Shown: positions 13,081 through 26,346 of the stretch, piece by piece | Layout: the number at the start of each line of letters is the position of its first letter | Position numbering within the stretch: the stretch's first letter is position 1 | Assembly (NCBI RefSeq): GCF_001194135.2 | Contig: NC_068987.1 | Coordinates: 35,291,278-35,355,277, forward strand | From: Octopus bimaculoides | Lineage: Eukaryota | Direction of reading: 5' to 3' | DNA: 64,000 nt | Notes under the pieces: generated by a model | The model's input: only the letters and a program-made list of their open reading frames with translations | What the model was told of the DNA's origin: nothing | Database searches by the model: none | Position numbers and translations under genes: made by a program

Positions 13081-14127
13081 TATAAGAGATTGGGTTGTAA
13101 AGTTCAGCGGAAACTATGAAGGAAGGATGCCAAAGCTGTGAAACCTTGCATGCATTAATTTCAACCCACCTTATTGATAACTGTATTGTTACTTTCCAGG
13201 TAAACCGACATCTGACTGTTCAAAGATGACTTCCAATGTAACTTGTAGCGATGTATATTGAAACTGGGTAACATTTTACATTATAGTGTCATCAAGTACC
13301 CACACAAAAGGGTTTAACGACTAACAGCATTCATGATGACGTTAAGGGATGATGCTCCAGCTATATCGACTGTGCACAAGTGGGCAGTTGAATTTAGGAG
13401 GAGAAGAGAGAGTTTTGAAGATGGCCCAAGGTGTGGCCGTCCTGCAACTGCCACCACCGAGGAAAACATTATGTTCAACACACGGTGGTGGATGGCAGGT
13501 GATTAACTATAAATCAAAAGGACAATTCTATTAGAATAAACCACGAAAACATTTAGAATATATTCTGCACAACGAACACGCAAGGTGCCAACATTTCTGC
13601 TCGGAGGGCACTAAATTTCTGACACTTATAGGTTTCCTTGAACGTTTCATGAGCCAGGATGAATGTTGGCTTCATTAGTTTGAGCCAGAGACAATGAAAC
13701 AATCCATGCAGTGAGAACACCCATCCTGACCCACTCCAAAAGAAGGCCAGAGTCGTTCCAGCTGTATGGAAGCTGATAACCACACTTTCTTAGGATGCAA
13801 AGTTGCTCAGGTAGTTAAAGGCCCAGCAAAATTGACAAATGGGGTCTTATCTCATCAGGATAATACTCCAGCACACAAGTCCTTGGTTTCAATGTCTGCT
13901 GTGCCTGACTGTGGCTTTAGACTGGTTATCATGATAATTACGTCATATCTAGTGTTGAGGAGAGTGATGAGCAACAGAATAAAAACTTCTCAACCAATAT
14001 AATCCAAGCACTGCATCACTGGCGGAAGAATTGTGTGCACCGTAAGGGGAATTATAACGTAAAATAAACCTCATTTGATCACATTCCAGGAGTGCATCTT
14101 GGTCAGTGTATGAACTTTTCAGTCGTA
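13081..14127 (+). mobile_element. Decayed, internally deleted mariner (Tc1/mariner) transposon
   Basis: HTH region DAPAISTVHKWAVEFRRRRESFEDGPRCGRP (~13345-13440), QDECWLH (13654-13677), HQDNTPAH (13853-13876). Degenerate TIR-like ends containing aaagttca / tgaacttt, each ending at TA. Confidence 0.85.
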
Positions 14128-14471
14128 CATGCAGACACAACACACAAACAAACACACACACATACACACACACAAACACACACACACCCACACACACACA
14201 CACACAAACGCACACACACACAAACACACACGCACATTAGTCCGATCGCACTCGATTCATATTAGTTGCTCTTGTTCGCTACTGGTAACATGTAACCCAG
14301 TACAACCTGTTACATTGCCAAACCCACAAAGCTTGTTTGGTGAGGAGGTTGACTGTTGGACAACCTGCGGGGTGAAAAGTCAGACCCGTTAACGGGCAGA
14401 AGTCATGTGTAGTCAACGGCTATCCAAACAATATGTATAAATATGAATATATGGTTTTTTGTTTTAATTTC

Positions 14472-14503
<32 letters not shown>

Positions 14504-14549
14504 TTATGTATGTATGTATGGATGTATGTATGTATGCATGTATGCATGA

Positions 14550-15810
14550 GCTGCTCTACGTCGGATACTGTAATGATATTTAACAACTCTACGGAGCGTT
14601 TGGGTGTCGGTTTTGTGTTTGGCACGTGATAGCCTACCTCACGGTGAGGTAGAAGCTTTTCAACCTTGGTTAGTAATCTAGCTAGGAGAAGGAAATCTCT
14701 AAAATAAAACTCGAGGCCTTGGAAGTTCCCGGTTTTGTCAGTTCTCATGTCATACCCTCGAAAGTCTTCTTGAGCCAATAGGTGCAGTGAGAGCTACACC
14801 CACTGAAAATAATTGATCTCCACAGGTACTTCCTGTACACCAAATCTCAGTAAAATCATTGACTTGGTTCACAGAAACATAAAAATGCATTTGCCACTTA
14901 CCCTGAAATATCTCAAACAAATTCAGTAAATTGCAAAAAAAAGGGCTTCGGAACGTCAGTGGAAAATATCTGGCGTGGCAGGTGTCCAAGTGTGTCACCG
15001 GATGGGCCCGGTCGTCATCCAGCTGCGGTGGCCGTATCTTCAAGAAAAAAAATTAAATTAAATTAACATCACCTGTTGATGATGATTTTGGCTTCTAGAT
15101 AATAATTTCAACAAGAGGCCAGAAAAGCGTACTTCACTTATTGCATTTGAGCTTCAAAAAACTATTCCCTTAATATAGTTGCACTCTATGAAACTCGTCT
15201 CTCTGCTGAGGATCAAACAAATGAACCTACTATGGATATACTATCTTCTGTAGAGGCTTACCTGAGGGTCAGCATAGAGAATCTGGTGTTCGGCTTGCTC
15301 TCAAGAATTCATTAGTATCCTCTATTCCAGAATTTCCAAGTGGTATATCTGAACGATCCATGTCATGCCATATAAAACTGACAGCATTAGGTTTTCTACC
15401 GTCGTCAGTATTTATGCATCGACAATGTCACATTCTAACGAAAGGGAAAGTGCAGACTGCTCTAAGGAAATTTAAACAGGAATGGTGGAATGGCAGAACA
15501 AAAGGAGCACAAGAAGCAGCTGATAGAAATTATACCAAGGTTTTGTACTCTTATGTTAAGGAGATATAGGCATCAAAATCTTCTTCAATAGATAGCTCCA
15601 GTGAGAGCAGCTAATGGACCTCTGCTTTTGACTGACACTGCCTCTATTCATAAGCGTTGGGTAGAATATTTTTTCTGCACTTTTGAATAGACCATCATCC
15701 GTTGACATGAGGATGATAGAAAAAATAGAATGCCTTCCAGTTATAGAAGAGATGGCATTTGAACCAACTCTAAATGACATGTATTTAGCTGTGAATAAGC
15801 TGAATAACAA
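14550..15810 (+). mobile_element. 5' part of an RTE-clade (BovB-like) LINE: 5' UTR, APE endonuclease, linker; RT absent
   Basis: RPEKRTSLIAFEL...IVALYETRL (~15110-15200), GLPEGQHRESGVRLAL (~15255-15300), HKRWVEYFSALLNRPSS (15645-15700). Stops at a (TATG)n run. Confidence 0.85.
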
Positions 15811-16429
15811 TAAGAGATATTTTATGTATGTATGTTGTCTTGTTTCACTCTTTGAGATGCAACTATACAGAGGCGCCAGCATAATTCTTTTATTCGCGCA
15901 AATATATCCAGGTACTTTTGTTTTTAAGGCCAGGTCCTTGTTCTATCGATCTTTACTTTTGTACCTCTAATTTACGGGAGGGGACAAAATCATACTTCCC
16001 ACTCCGCACTCTGGTTGGGAACACAATCGCGTGCGCACACACATACAAGCATACACAAATGCTCGCAAACACTCACACACACAGACACACTCAATCATTT
16101 AGATATATGTATATGCACGCGCACACGCTAGCACACATGTATACACACACAACATAGAACAAGGATTTCCCTCCCGAAAGTAATGCAAAATGGAAATTAC
16201 ACATCGTATTAAATGTATGTCCTTCAACATTTGCTTGTTGACTGAATAATTTTCTCAACAGTAAATGTTCTTTCTATTCTTCATTGCAAGCAGCTAAGTA
16301 GTTCTAAACTCAAACATTATGGCATTATGTTTTCCCGAAAGTGCGTATGGAGGCGTGCAATCCGACCGAATTTTATAAAAGGCTATAGATTTTGTAGTGT
16401 TGATATCTTTGACTAGAGTAATTTCAATT

Positions 16430-16670
16430 TAAGGAAAAGGAAGCATACATCAAAGAGAAAACCACATGAAGTAGTGGACTATCAATTATGACTGCAGAAG
16501 AATAACTAGATTGTGGATGAATTGATTCGCACGGACACTAGAATGATTATCCTTGTTATTGCTGCAAAACTGGATTGAGAACACAGTGCATTGCAGATAG
16601 TGTTCGACGACTTGGGGTATCGGTATGCATGTGGAAAATGGGTAACTCGAGAGTTAGGAAGCGTTTGAAG
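16430..16670 (+). mobile_element. Mariner transposase fragment (second HTH to WVPxxL-like motif)
   Basis: IRTDTRMIILVIAAKLD*EHSALQIVFDDLGYRYACGKWVTREL resembles the mariner LGYRKVCARWVPRxL motif. Confidence 0.7.
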
Positions 16671-19270
16671 CTATTGAAGAAGACAAATTTATAGCCCACA
16701 AAGAAAGGCTAAATCCATGGAATTACGTCACACATTCTCTCCTAAGCGTAAGTAGTTGTTGAGCTAGAAATCAGTACAAAATTTATGATGACTTGTTATT
16801 GAGGATGGCATTGTGTCATTTAATATGATTTTCTTCAACATGAATAAATCATAAACTGCGACTGGCACATTAAGACACTAAAAAAGATCCAATATCTATT
16901 AACAGAAAGCGACAGAAAAAAAGAATTTCGAAAGGAGCCATATTCACCAAGTAACCACACAAAGCTTCGGCAATAATCCAAGCAATGGGGTTATTAGGTT
17001 GGTCAATTGTTTGCATTTCAGCTAGATCTGCGTCATCAAAAGCGATTTGATGATGGCGTCACGAAAACTGAAAGGAGGAAATATCAGTATGTCTAAAATA
17101 ATGAAGATAGTTTGAAACATTTCAATGTTTTTATCAAACAATATGATGACAGGGAAGCACGGTTTGGTCAAGGCATTGCTTTATAACGTGAAGGTGATCA
17201 GACCACCTTTGTGTTACGACAATCAACACATATTTTCTTTTATTGCATTCTGATTGGCATTATTTACTCCATATATACTACGGATGTTTACACAATTATC
17301 TCCGTTATATCCAGTAATACATTGGCAATTTTATGCAATTGGTTTTTTGCCAGTTCATGAACTTCAAGTTTTTGTATTGATGTTTATTTACAATTTTAAA
17401 AAATCGAATAATTGTGCTTTTTTTGCAGTCTCAGCTAATATTTAAATAATGAATATTTTAAGTATGAAAAGTGTTTCCCCTAAAAGCAATGGATTACAGG
17501 AAATGCGAGCGCAGGAGTTAAAACATTTTTAAATAATTGAAACCGGAAACGTACAGAACAATGGAACAATAAATAATGAATATATAGAAACATCAAACAC
17601 ACACACACATATACAAACACCCACACATACATTTAATCTAAACGGTTACTACATAATATAAACGGAAATTTTAAACTAGACTATTAATCACGTTACAATC
17701 ACGTGACAAAATACATGCCTATAACCTGACCAATCAATTGAGTAATTAATTTCAAGGCCGCTGACATTTAAATACCATCAAGTATTTTACTAGTTAGCTG
17801 AGGTATGCACATAACATCAACTCAAACGCACGAAACATTTAATTTAGGGAGTATAATATGGGTTATAGATATAAAGTCATATATATATATATATATATAT
17901 ANNNNNNNNNNNNNNNNNNNNNNNNNNNNNNNNNNNNNNNNNNNNNNNNNNNNNNNNNNNNNNNNNNNNNNNNNNNNNNNNNNNNNNNNNNNNNNNNNNN
18001 NNNNNNNNNNNNNNNNNNNNNNNNNNNNNNNNNNNNNNNNNNNNNNNNNNNNNNNNNNNNNNNNNNNNNNNNNNNNNNNNNNNNNNNNNNNNNNNNNNNN
18101 NNNNNNNNNNNNNNNNNNNNNNNNNNNNNNNNNNNNNNNNNNNNNNNNNNNNNNNNNNNNNNNNNNNNNNNNNNNNNNNNNNNNNNNNNNNNNNNNNNNN
18201 NNNNNNNNNNNNNNNNNNNNNNNNNNNNNNNCATAGGTATTTGTACCTGCATAATGTTCTCTCTGCATGTGTGCATCAATGAATTGCATGTATACTTAAT
18301 TGCGTTGGTTGAAAATATACTCTCAGTATGTGCCATAGCTTTTTAAAATCATCGGTTCGCAACCAACCATCCTATAACACTATGAAGGCTGCGTATTCGT
18401 GCCACGCTGAAGGAAGCAACAGTTTAAAAATGAAAAAATACTCATCAGAATTAGAATAAAATGAAATGTGAAGATTTAGTCATTCGGTTTCAATTCATCG
18501 TTTGTTTACCGTTAAAATCTAGCATTGGACGCGGCATTCCAAAGAAGAGAAAAGCAACGAAGTTATATCATAGTACAAATTTCCTTGAACGATTCTTGTT
18601 GTCTATAGGTCGAAGAAATTCAGTGAAAGAACGAGAGTGGACTAGTGAAAGAATACGGGAGTAAATTGTCACAGTTTACCTTTCTCCTTGCTGGAGTTGG
18701 TGACATCGTATTGCAGATTCTTCGTATTTGACGGATTTGACTGTAACATCACCTGGCAGTGAACAGAGAATGATAACGTTCTGTAAAACTTTCTCACTTA
18801 TCACACTCTATTTTCTTCACTTCTGTCTCTCTGTTTCTCAAAATCGGTCGCTTTGAATGTGTACACAAACAATTCTAATTGAACAGAAATGGATTTATGT
18901 AATTACTCGAAAATGCGGGAGATGTTTTCATATAATTTTATATTTGCCAATATCATTACCCAATTTACCGAAATTGCGGTTGTTACTTAAACCGTATAAT
19001 ACAGTACAAAGAGAAAGCTCAGTTTTCAGTATTTACGAGCACATCGTCATCTGAATCGAGTATGCTGGAACACTCCTCTCCATTGTCATGGAAAATGTGT
19101 TCCTTTACTTTGAGATATTTCGTTTAAAGACCAATAATTCTATGTGCCCGATTTGATAACCTCCCAGCTTTCGGTCTCACGCGAAATATTTGTGTCGAAT
19201 GAGCATTGCTGAACGCATGTCACTTGGGTGGGCAGATCCTTACAAATTTGAAAGCATATTCCCAACCTTG

Positions 19271-19338
19271 GCGCGATAGGGCGCGATAGGGCGCAATAGG
19301 GCACGATAGGGCGCAATAGGGCACGATAGGGCGCAATA
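19271..19338. repeat. 10 bp minisatellite (GCRCRATAGG) x7
   Basis: Units gcgcgatagg x2, then alternating gcgcaatagg / gcacgatagg. Confidence 0.95.
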
Positions 19339-21254
19339 TCCTCCATCTGGATATGCTATCAATGTCCCAACGTTTTCTGTTGGTGTTAAGTAGCTAGTAG
19401 CTTATGATCTCCAGTCAAACTCACCGAACAATCTGATTTATTATCTCCCTCCACACACAGCCTGGCTAATCTTGTAAAGAATTTGTACATATTTAGCCAG
19501 TGTTCAATGAATGATGAACTCCAAATTTGAGTGTACTTCTAAATAGAGTATACATATAAACATTGAGAATTATTTCATCTACAAATATGCTGTTAATTCA
19601 GTAATAATTCTAATCAGTTCTTCTTATGAGTTTTACTATTTTTTTAATTATTGTTTTGATTCCTGTTTTGGTCAACGGTATATCATCGTTTGGAAATGGT
19701 AAATGGTAGATTCTTGTACGTATATGATATGCTGATAGGTATCACCTTTAGTTTCCACAACTCATTAATGTTTAATTATTTCAGAATATAATACAGCTTG
19801 ATATATAAACGTTTTAAAGTAAGAAATAAATAGTAATTATACGTTACTCTTAACACTATTATTTATCTTAATGCGCACTTCAGAATATGTTATATGTATG
19901 ATAATCAACTTCAAATTTGAACGGTGATGTACACTTGTACCTAAATCTAATTCTATATTACTGCTGAGTTTATCATTTTATTAAATATTCATTTACATAT
20001 AAAATAGTTCCTGTCGAAAATATATGTGATTAGAAGAGCGCGTATTCTTTTGACTTAGACAAGCTATATACTTTTCTATAACCAGATTCCATTAGTGCCT
20101 CTTCCTGTGTGAGAAGGAAACTCTTACTCGTTAATATTTCAGCTAGATATATCCATTAATAATTGGTATAAAAAAATAGAAACGCATCAAACATTTATCT
20201 GACACGTTAGTCACGTAATAAGGAACAATTTTTTAAGAACTGGTGATAACTTCGATCCGAATTAAAAGCGTAAATTATTCCAAAGGAAAGTAAATTAAAA
20301 ATCTGCTATTTTTGAATTCACCTCCTTCCAATGATAGCCTTGCAAAGAGGCCCTAATCTCTGCTTTCTTCTTTTCATTCAGTGTGTCTACATCCATTCCC
20401 TCTTCCTTTCTTTCACTCTATATTTGGTATTCTTTCTGCACTGGATTAAAATAATGTAGCAATTTATATAAACACGTGCGAATCGTAATAGTTTGAATCT
20501 AGCGGATATCCTAAAAATAAAACAAATACTAAAACGATACGATTGTGAAAATAGAAAAAATTATATAAGATTTTATTAATGTAAAAATAAAAACAAAAGA
20601 GTGAAACAGATAGTAAATGGCAGAGAATTGTTGATTTTAAAGATAAGAATTTCTGCTTTAGATCAGAGTAAAAGTGTTTCGCACTGCGGTAGTACAGTAA
20701 GAATACACTCTTAAGTACGCTGTATTGAATGCGACAGGTAATTCTAGTCAATTTTACCGTCCTCTCGTGTATAGCAGAAATGTCTGTTGATTCAGTTATC
20801 TCTAAAGTAGATTCGCTAAGAAAGATATTTCCAGAATAAGATAAGATTACTTATCTAATGCAGTCTACTTTAAAATAGAATGCCGCACATAATTCTTTCG
20901 CAGAAAGAAAAAAAAATCCTTGAGACTTAACTAAATGTGGTAACAAATCTTAGCCGAAAAAATGTCCAATTCTATTTGTGAGAATTGGCAATGATTTTCC
21001 TCTTTCATGTATCTATTCATCTACAATACTCTCTATTTATTTACTTGAGAAATAATTAAGCTAGTTAGTTATCATCTCTTAAGGGGGCTGTAGCGATATC
21101 CAGTACAGTAGCCAAGCGGACTAGATTGTTATTAGTTATTTATACTGTACTACAAAATCAGTTCAATTTTGACTGCATAAAATACGTTTTAAACGTATGA
21201 TATCTCGATGGATAGAAATTTAGCGAACCAAATTAATCAACTAGTTATCATAAT

Positions 21255-21278
21255 TATTATTGTTGTTGCTGTTATTGC

Positions 21279-21309
<31 letters not shown>

Positions 21310-21850
21310 GGTGGTGGTGGTATTGAGTGAGAGAGCAGCTCACACCATCAAACTGACAGCCGGGTACAAATATGCGAAATCTAATATACAAATCGTGAAT
21401 ACACATCTGAAAATTGATACATAAACATATGCATCACAACCGTATGTTTATTAAGATACACAGCACATGATCTCATAGTTAGGCCCCGTTAGTAATTTCT
21501 TCCGAGCATGTAGCCCATCTCGGTCAGAAGGTCTCCCAATAAGGGTTCTTTTCGGCTGATGATCGAAACACCCATATTTCCAAAGGTAAATTATTCAAAA
21601 CCCACAAATTCCCTTTCAACACATAGCTATGATGCTTCCAAGGTTCCCCTGCTCAAAATCAGAGACACATATCATCAGCCACTAAGGGATATGTTCTACG
21701 GATTGAGATAAAGCAGGTGACAAGCAAATCTGTTGTATTGAGAAGGATATTTGCTGCAGCCAATCTTTCACACGAAGAGAAAACGTGTTACCATTTCCAG
21801 TCAGTTAAGATAAGGAACCATAAGAACCACGATCTGGTATTTCAGCAGAG
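21255..21850 (-). mobile_element. Interspersed retroposon family A, copy 2
   Basis: Colinear with 1096-1650; tail expanded into (TTG)n(TGG)n at 21255-21320, followed by attgagtgagagagcag. Confidence 0.8.
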
Positions 21851-22039
21851 CATGATTTACTATTAATATTATTATAACTGCTTTCTCATACAAAGACGCA
21901 TTTTGAATAGTAAGCTACCTTCTCAGAAACACAAATTCCATTCTTTAATTTGTGTCTAAAGAAGCTTTAAAATGTCATGGCTGTTAATATTTATTTCTTT
22001 ATTGCCTCACAGGGGGTTAAACATATATGGAATAAAAAC

Positions 22040-22228
22040 AAGAACAGAAAAAGGAATAAAGTCGATTACAGCGACTCCAGTGCGTAACTGGTACTTATGT
22101 AATCGAACCCAAAAGGATAAAAGGCAAAGTCGACCTCGGCAGGATTTGAGCTCAGAACGTAACAGCAGACGAAATACCGCTAAACATTTCGCCCGGCGCG
22201 CTGACGATTCTGTCAGATCGCCACCTTT
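22040..22228 (-). mobile_element. SINE family B
   Basis: ggcaaagtcgacctcggcaggatttgagctcagaacgt...cagatcgccacctt is the reverse complement of head and body. Confidence 0.85.
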
Positions 22229-22257
22229 ATGACTCTTAATATTATATAGTTTAACTT

Positions 22258-22500
22258 GAAGCGGTAAGCTATCAGATTCGTTAGCACTCCGTTCAAAACA
22301 CACTTTGGCACTTTGTCCGTGTTTACAGCCTGGGCTGAAATTCTGCCCAGGTCGATTTTATCTTTTAACTTTTTTGCATCGATAAAATATCAGTGTCAGT
22401 TGATCACCCAGTTGAGCACACAGGTCGATGTAGTCGACTTTGCTCCTCCCCCGAAATTCCCGGCCCTGTGCCGAAATTTGAAGCAAACATTATATTGTAG
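22258..22500 (+). mobile_element. SINE family B (diverged)
   Basis: gaagcggtaagctatcagattcgttagcac...ggtcgatgtagtcgac...ccgaaatttgaagcaaacattat. Confidence 0.75.
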
Positions 22501-22594
22501 ATCCTTTCTATTTATACGCATTATTCTCACTGATCCAATCTCACACTGATCTATTGTAAACGTTATATCGTACGACCAGCAAACATGAAGAGAT

Positions 22595-22800
22595 TTATTA
22601 TTTTCTACTCTAGAAACAAGGGCCGAAATTTGGAGGGAGAGGCCAGTCGAATACATCGATCCAGTACACCACTGGTACGACCACAAAATGATGAACGGCA
22701 AACACGACCACGTCGGAATTTGAACTCAAAACGTAAAGGCAGGCGAAATACCATAAATTATTTCGCCCGGTGTGATAACGTTTCTCCCAGCTCGCCGCCT
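22595..22800 (-). mobile_element. SINE family B
   Basis: ttattattttctactctag...ggaatttgaactcaaaacgtaaag...ccagctcgccgcctt. Confidence 0.85.
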
Positions 22801-22914
22801 TACGAAGAGATTTATCGATAATCTGAACGATTCTTGTACATTCTGTTATTCTTCTTTTCCTATATAGTTATTATTTCTATTATTATTGTTGTTGTTGATG
22901 ATGATGATGTTGCT

Positions 22915-23122
22915 GGATTCGTAAAATCGCTAGACTCTCGGAAAATATGTGAGCATGATGTTTTCCAACTTAAATAATTGAAGTCAAAACTTGCCGATGT
23001 CATATTTGCTTTCAACCTTCCTGGGTCGATAAAAATAAAATACCAATCCTTAGGCTTGGATGATTGTATCGACTAACGCCTTCTCCACAGATTTCTATCC
23101 TTGTGTCTCCAATTAGAAAAGA
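22915..23122 (+). mobile_element. SINE family B (strongly diverged)
   Basis: aaatcgctag...gggtcgataaaaataaaatacc...gtatcgact...ccttgtgtctccaattagaaaagatta. Confidence 0.6.
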
Positions 23123-23124
23123 TT

Positions 23125-25160
23125 ACAGCAATGACCTCAGACCGACAAAACTATCCTTAGGATGTGCGCTGTGACCAATAAGGCTGCTTTTTGCAAGACA
23201 TCAATCTTGCATGGAATTTCCAGTTGCCTTAAGAAGTTTTGAAGTTTGAATGGGATTGAGCCCAACAATCCGATCCCCACTGGTGTCACATTTACATTAC
23301 CCTCTCACATTCCATACAGTCTTGCCATTTCCACTTTCAATTTGGAATACTTGGTGATTTTTCAACCTCTCTACTCACAAGGTTCCTGTCAGACAGTATT
23401 TTTCTCTTTTACTCAATATGACAATATCTGGCCGACGGTGTTCGATTACACGATCCGTTTGAAAATCATAGTCCAAGAGTATCGTTACTTTTTTCATCCT
23501 CTTGCATAACTTTATTTAGTACATGCTCATACCAGTTCTCTGTTGCTTCATATAGGTATTTACAACATGAACCAATAATGATACACACACACACTTTATC
23601 GTGGCGGTGCTTGCATTATTTTTGTGCAAGGCTCTCACATCCACTTACAAAGTGGGTCACTTTTTCCACACTTTTTCCACAGAGTCTGCGTTTCTGGCTG
23701 GCAGACGTTTTATAGATGTTATACTTTACTGAATTGGTAGCGAGAACGTGGTTTTGTGCAGCAATGATCAGGCTTTCGGTGGTACGCTTCAACGCACCTC
23801 ACTCAAGCCATGCCAACGATGCTCTACTATCCTTTGAACGTCCTGTGTATTCCTTTCAAGCTGTCCATACATTCTCCTTTCAAGGAGGTCTTCTTTTCAC
23901 TTCTCTTCAGCTCTTTGGTTAAACACTTCCTTGCCCATCATTTCATTTGCACTTACACCCATATTTTCCGCGTCCTATTGAAGCAGGTCTTCATCACTAT
24001 TTATCAAATACTCGGCAAGCGTTCTCCTTTCACTCATTGTACAGTAGTCTTTCTGTTCACAAATCTTCTGATCTTCTGGCTTTTTGCCATAATCCTCTGT
24101 TTTAACTGCTGTATTACTGCATCAACCCTGTTCTTCCGTATTTTATATTTCTTCTCTAACTTTTCTAGGTCGGCCTCTTCCCCATTTTGCAGTTTCTTCT
24201 TAACCATTGCTCAATTTTTCCTAGATCTTGCCTTGCCTGCATTATGTCCCTTTCATTGTGTCGTTTCCACCATGCTGCTTTTACTCCACCATTTCTTTGT
24301 TTTCTTAAGTGGTAATTTCTCCTCAGCAAGCAGTGCAATAGCTTGGAGAAGATTCCTTGTTTGTGTTATGTCCTCCGTCTTGGTGTATGGTATGGCAATA
24401 TTTACCTTTCGTGTTACTTTATATATCATACTCCTGTCTACCCCTCTCATATTCATTGGGATTTTTTTCTGGCGCATTCATTAACTCACTGTCATCTTTG
24501 AATTTCAAGTAATTCATTATCTATTTCGTTCATTTCCACTGCATGTCCACCCACCACAGTATCAGTGTTCACTGTATAACTTTTTTTGTTTCTCATCCTT
24601 AACAGCCCCATCACCATTTCCCTGTTCCTCCTACTCTTCTCTATTCTTTCATCTCCTACCTCTCTGTTTTCAACTCCGACCATCCAAATATCAATAATAA
24701 TATGGGTCCCGATATATTGCACCAGATCTTCGTCACTATCAAATACTCGGCAAGCGTTGTCATTTCCATCCTAACAGAATTGTCTAAACTAATTAGTCCT
24801 CTGCCACCATTCTTTCTTTTCATATATAGTCTGTTTTCGTTAACACTTAACACTCTGTTTTGGGCTCCCTACATGAATGGTAATCCAGGAAATATACTCA
24901 ACTAATTTTCAGTGTCTTTACTGGCCATATCAAGTACTCCCACATTCACTGGTATTCTAACTGGCTTGAGATGCTATCTTTGCCCCAACGTCTCTCGTCA
25001 TATGCCCACCGTTCTCTTTTGGTTGTGTTTTCTGCTTGGGCAATGCTATTAGTAGAGTGACCTTGCTGTTCAGAGGTAACTTTTCCGCCGGTCACCCTCT
25101 CTCGTTTGCTATTTTTGTTTTCATATCTGAAGCGCCTGGAGCCCATATATAGCAATTGGT
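23125..25160 (-). mobile_element. Rearranged R4/Dong-like LINE lacking the RT core
   Basis: RLE WDYDFQTDRVIEHRRPDIVI (~23420-23480), knuckle CRLCGKSVEKVTHFVSGC (~23630-23690), TESLIIAAQNHVLATN (~23730-23780), post-RT TLAEYL segment twice (~24000 and ~24740), N-terminal pieces at 24060-24690 and 24860-25150. No YMDD region. Confidence 0.8.
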
Positions 25161-25699
25161 CTTTATTGTTTTGGTATTTTTATTTCTGAGCACATCTTTT
25201 TTTTTCTATTTAAAATGAGACTTGTTACATTTTATATTTATTGTTATTATTATGTGTCTCTTTTAATTTGTTTAAACCCTGTTTGCTCTACGCTGTCTTG
25301 TTTATGTACGAGATATACTGATGCATTTGTGAATAATATAAATATTACATTTATATATATTTTTGTAGAGATGAGATTGCATATACGATTATTATTTCTA
25401 CTTACAGTGTTTTTTTCTGAAGCGACATCGCATTCTCGTGTATTACTTAGATTCATATATAGGCAAGTCGCTTAACCGCAAGTTGTTTATATTATCACAC
25501 GGTTGTTTTTCTGCAACATCATGCCTAACAGCACATACATTACATATATGAGGGAAATATTTCGGTATCCTGATCAAATTTACATTAGGGACCAATTTAT
25601 TTTCATATTTTTGCCGTTTCATAAATCCTGTTTGCCGATGATCGCAGATTTAATCCAACTTCGTCACGTTTGTTGTTCGCTGCGGAATTACTACAACTG

Positions 25700-25701
25700 C
25701 G

Positions 25702-25761
<60 letters not shown>
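25700..25761. repeat. (CTA)n microsatellite
   Basis: Near-perfect run; a second run lies at 25975-26052. Confidence 0.95.
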
Positions 25762-25763
<2 letters not shown>

Positions 25764-25991
25764 ATTTCCGTTTCCTTTGCACATTTAAAAATAAAAAGTA
25801 AAAGATTGTTTTACATCACTGAAACATGGTTGAAACATGGTTGAAATTCCTCCTTTAAATGAGCGACTTCGAATAATTATCCTTCGGTGTTCTCATGAAT
25901 GTGACAGAAGTGAATTTAGTGAAATAGTCTTCGACAATGACAGCACAAAGAAGAACAGTACCGACATAAACAACTGCTGCTACTGCTACTG

Positions 25992-26053
<62 letters not shown>

Positions 26054-26067
26054 GTTATCCTTATTCT

Positions 26068-26281
26068 TAAGGTGGCAAGCATGCAGAATCGTTCGTACGC
26101 CGGGCGGAATACTTAGCGGTATTTCCTCTATCCCTACGTTATGAGGTCAAATTCCATTGATGTGGGTTTTGCCTTTCATACTTATGATCAATAAATTACG
26201 TATTAGTGAAGAACTGGTCTCGATGTAATCGATCGATTCCACACCTTCAAAATTACTGAGCTTGTGTCAAAATTTGAAATC

Positions 26282-26345
<64 letters not shown>
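26068..26345 (+). mobile_element. SINE family B with (TAT)n tail
   Basis: aaggtggcaagcatgcagaatcgtt...gaggtcaaattcc...gatgtaatcgatcg...aaaatttgaaatcg(tat)n. Confidence 0.9.

Positions 26346-26346
<1 letters not shown>

Noticed and set aside
17022-17086. Possible 65 bp plus-strand exon (ttgcatttcAG ... GTATGT)
   Set aside because: Joining to the 458-680 exon gives an immediate stop; no homology; within chance.
21557-21575. ctgatgatcgaaac, hammerhead-like
   Set aside because: No stem II; the other family A copy lacks the motif.
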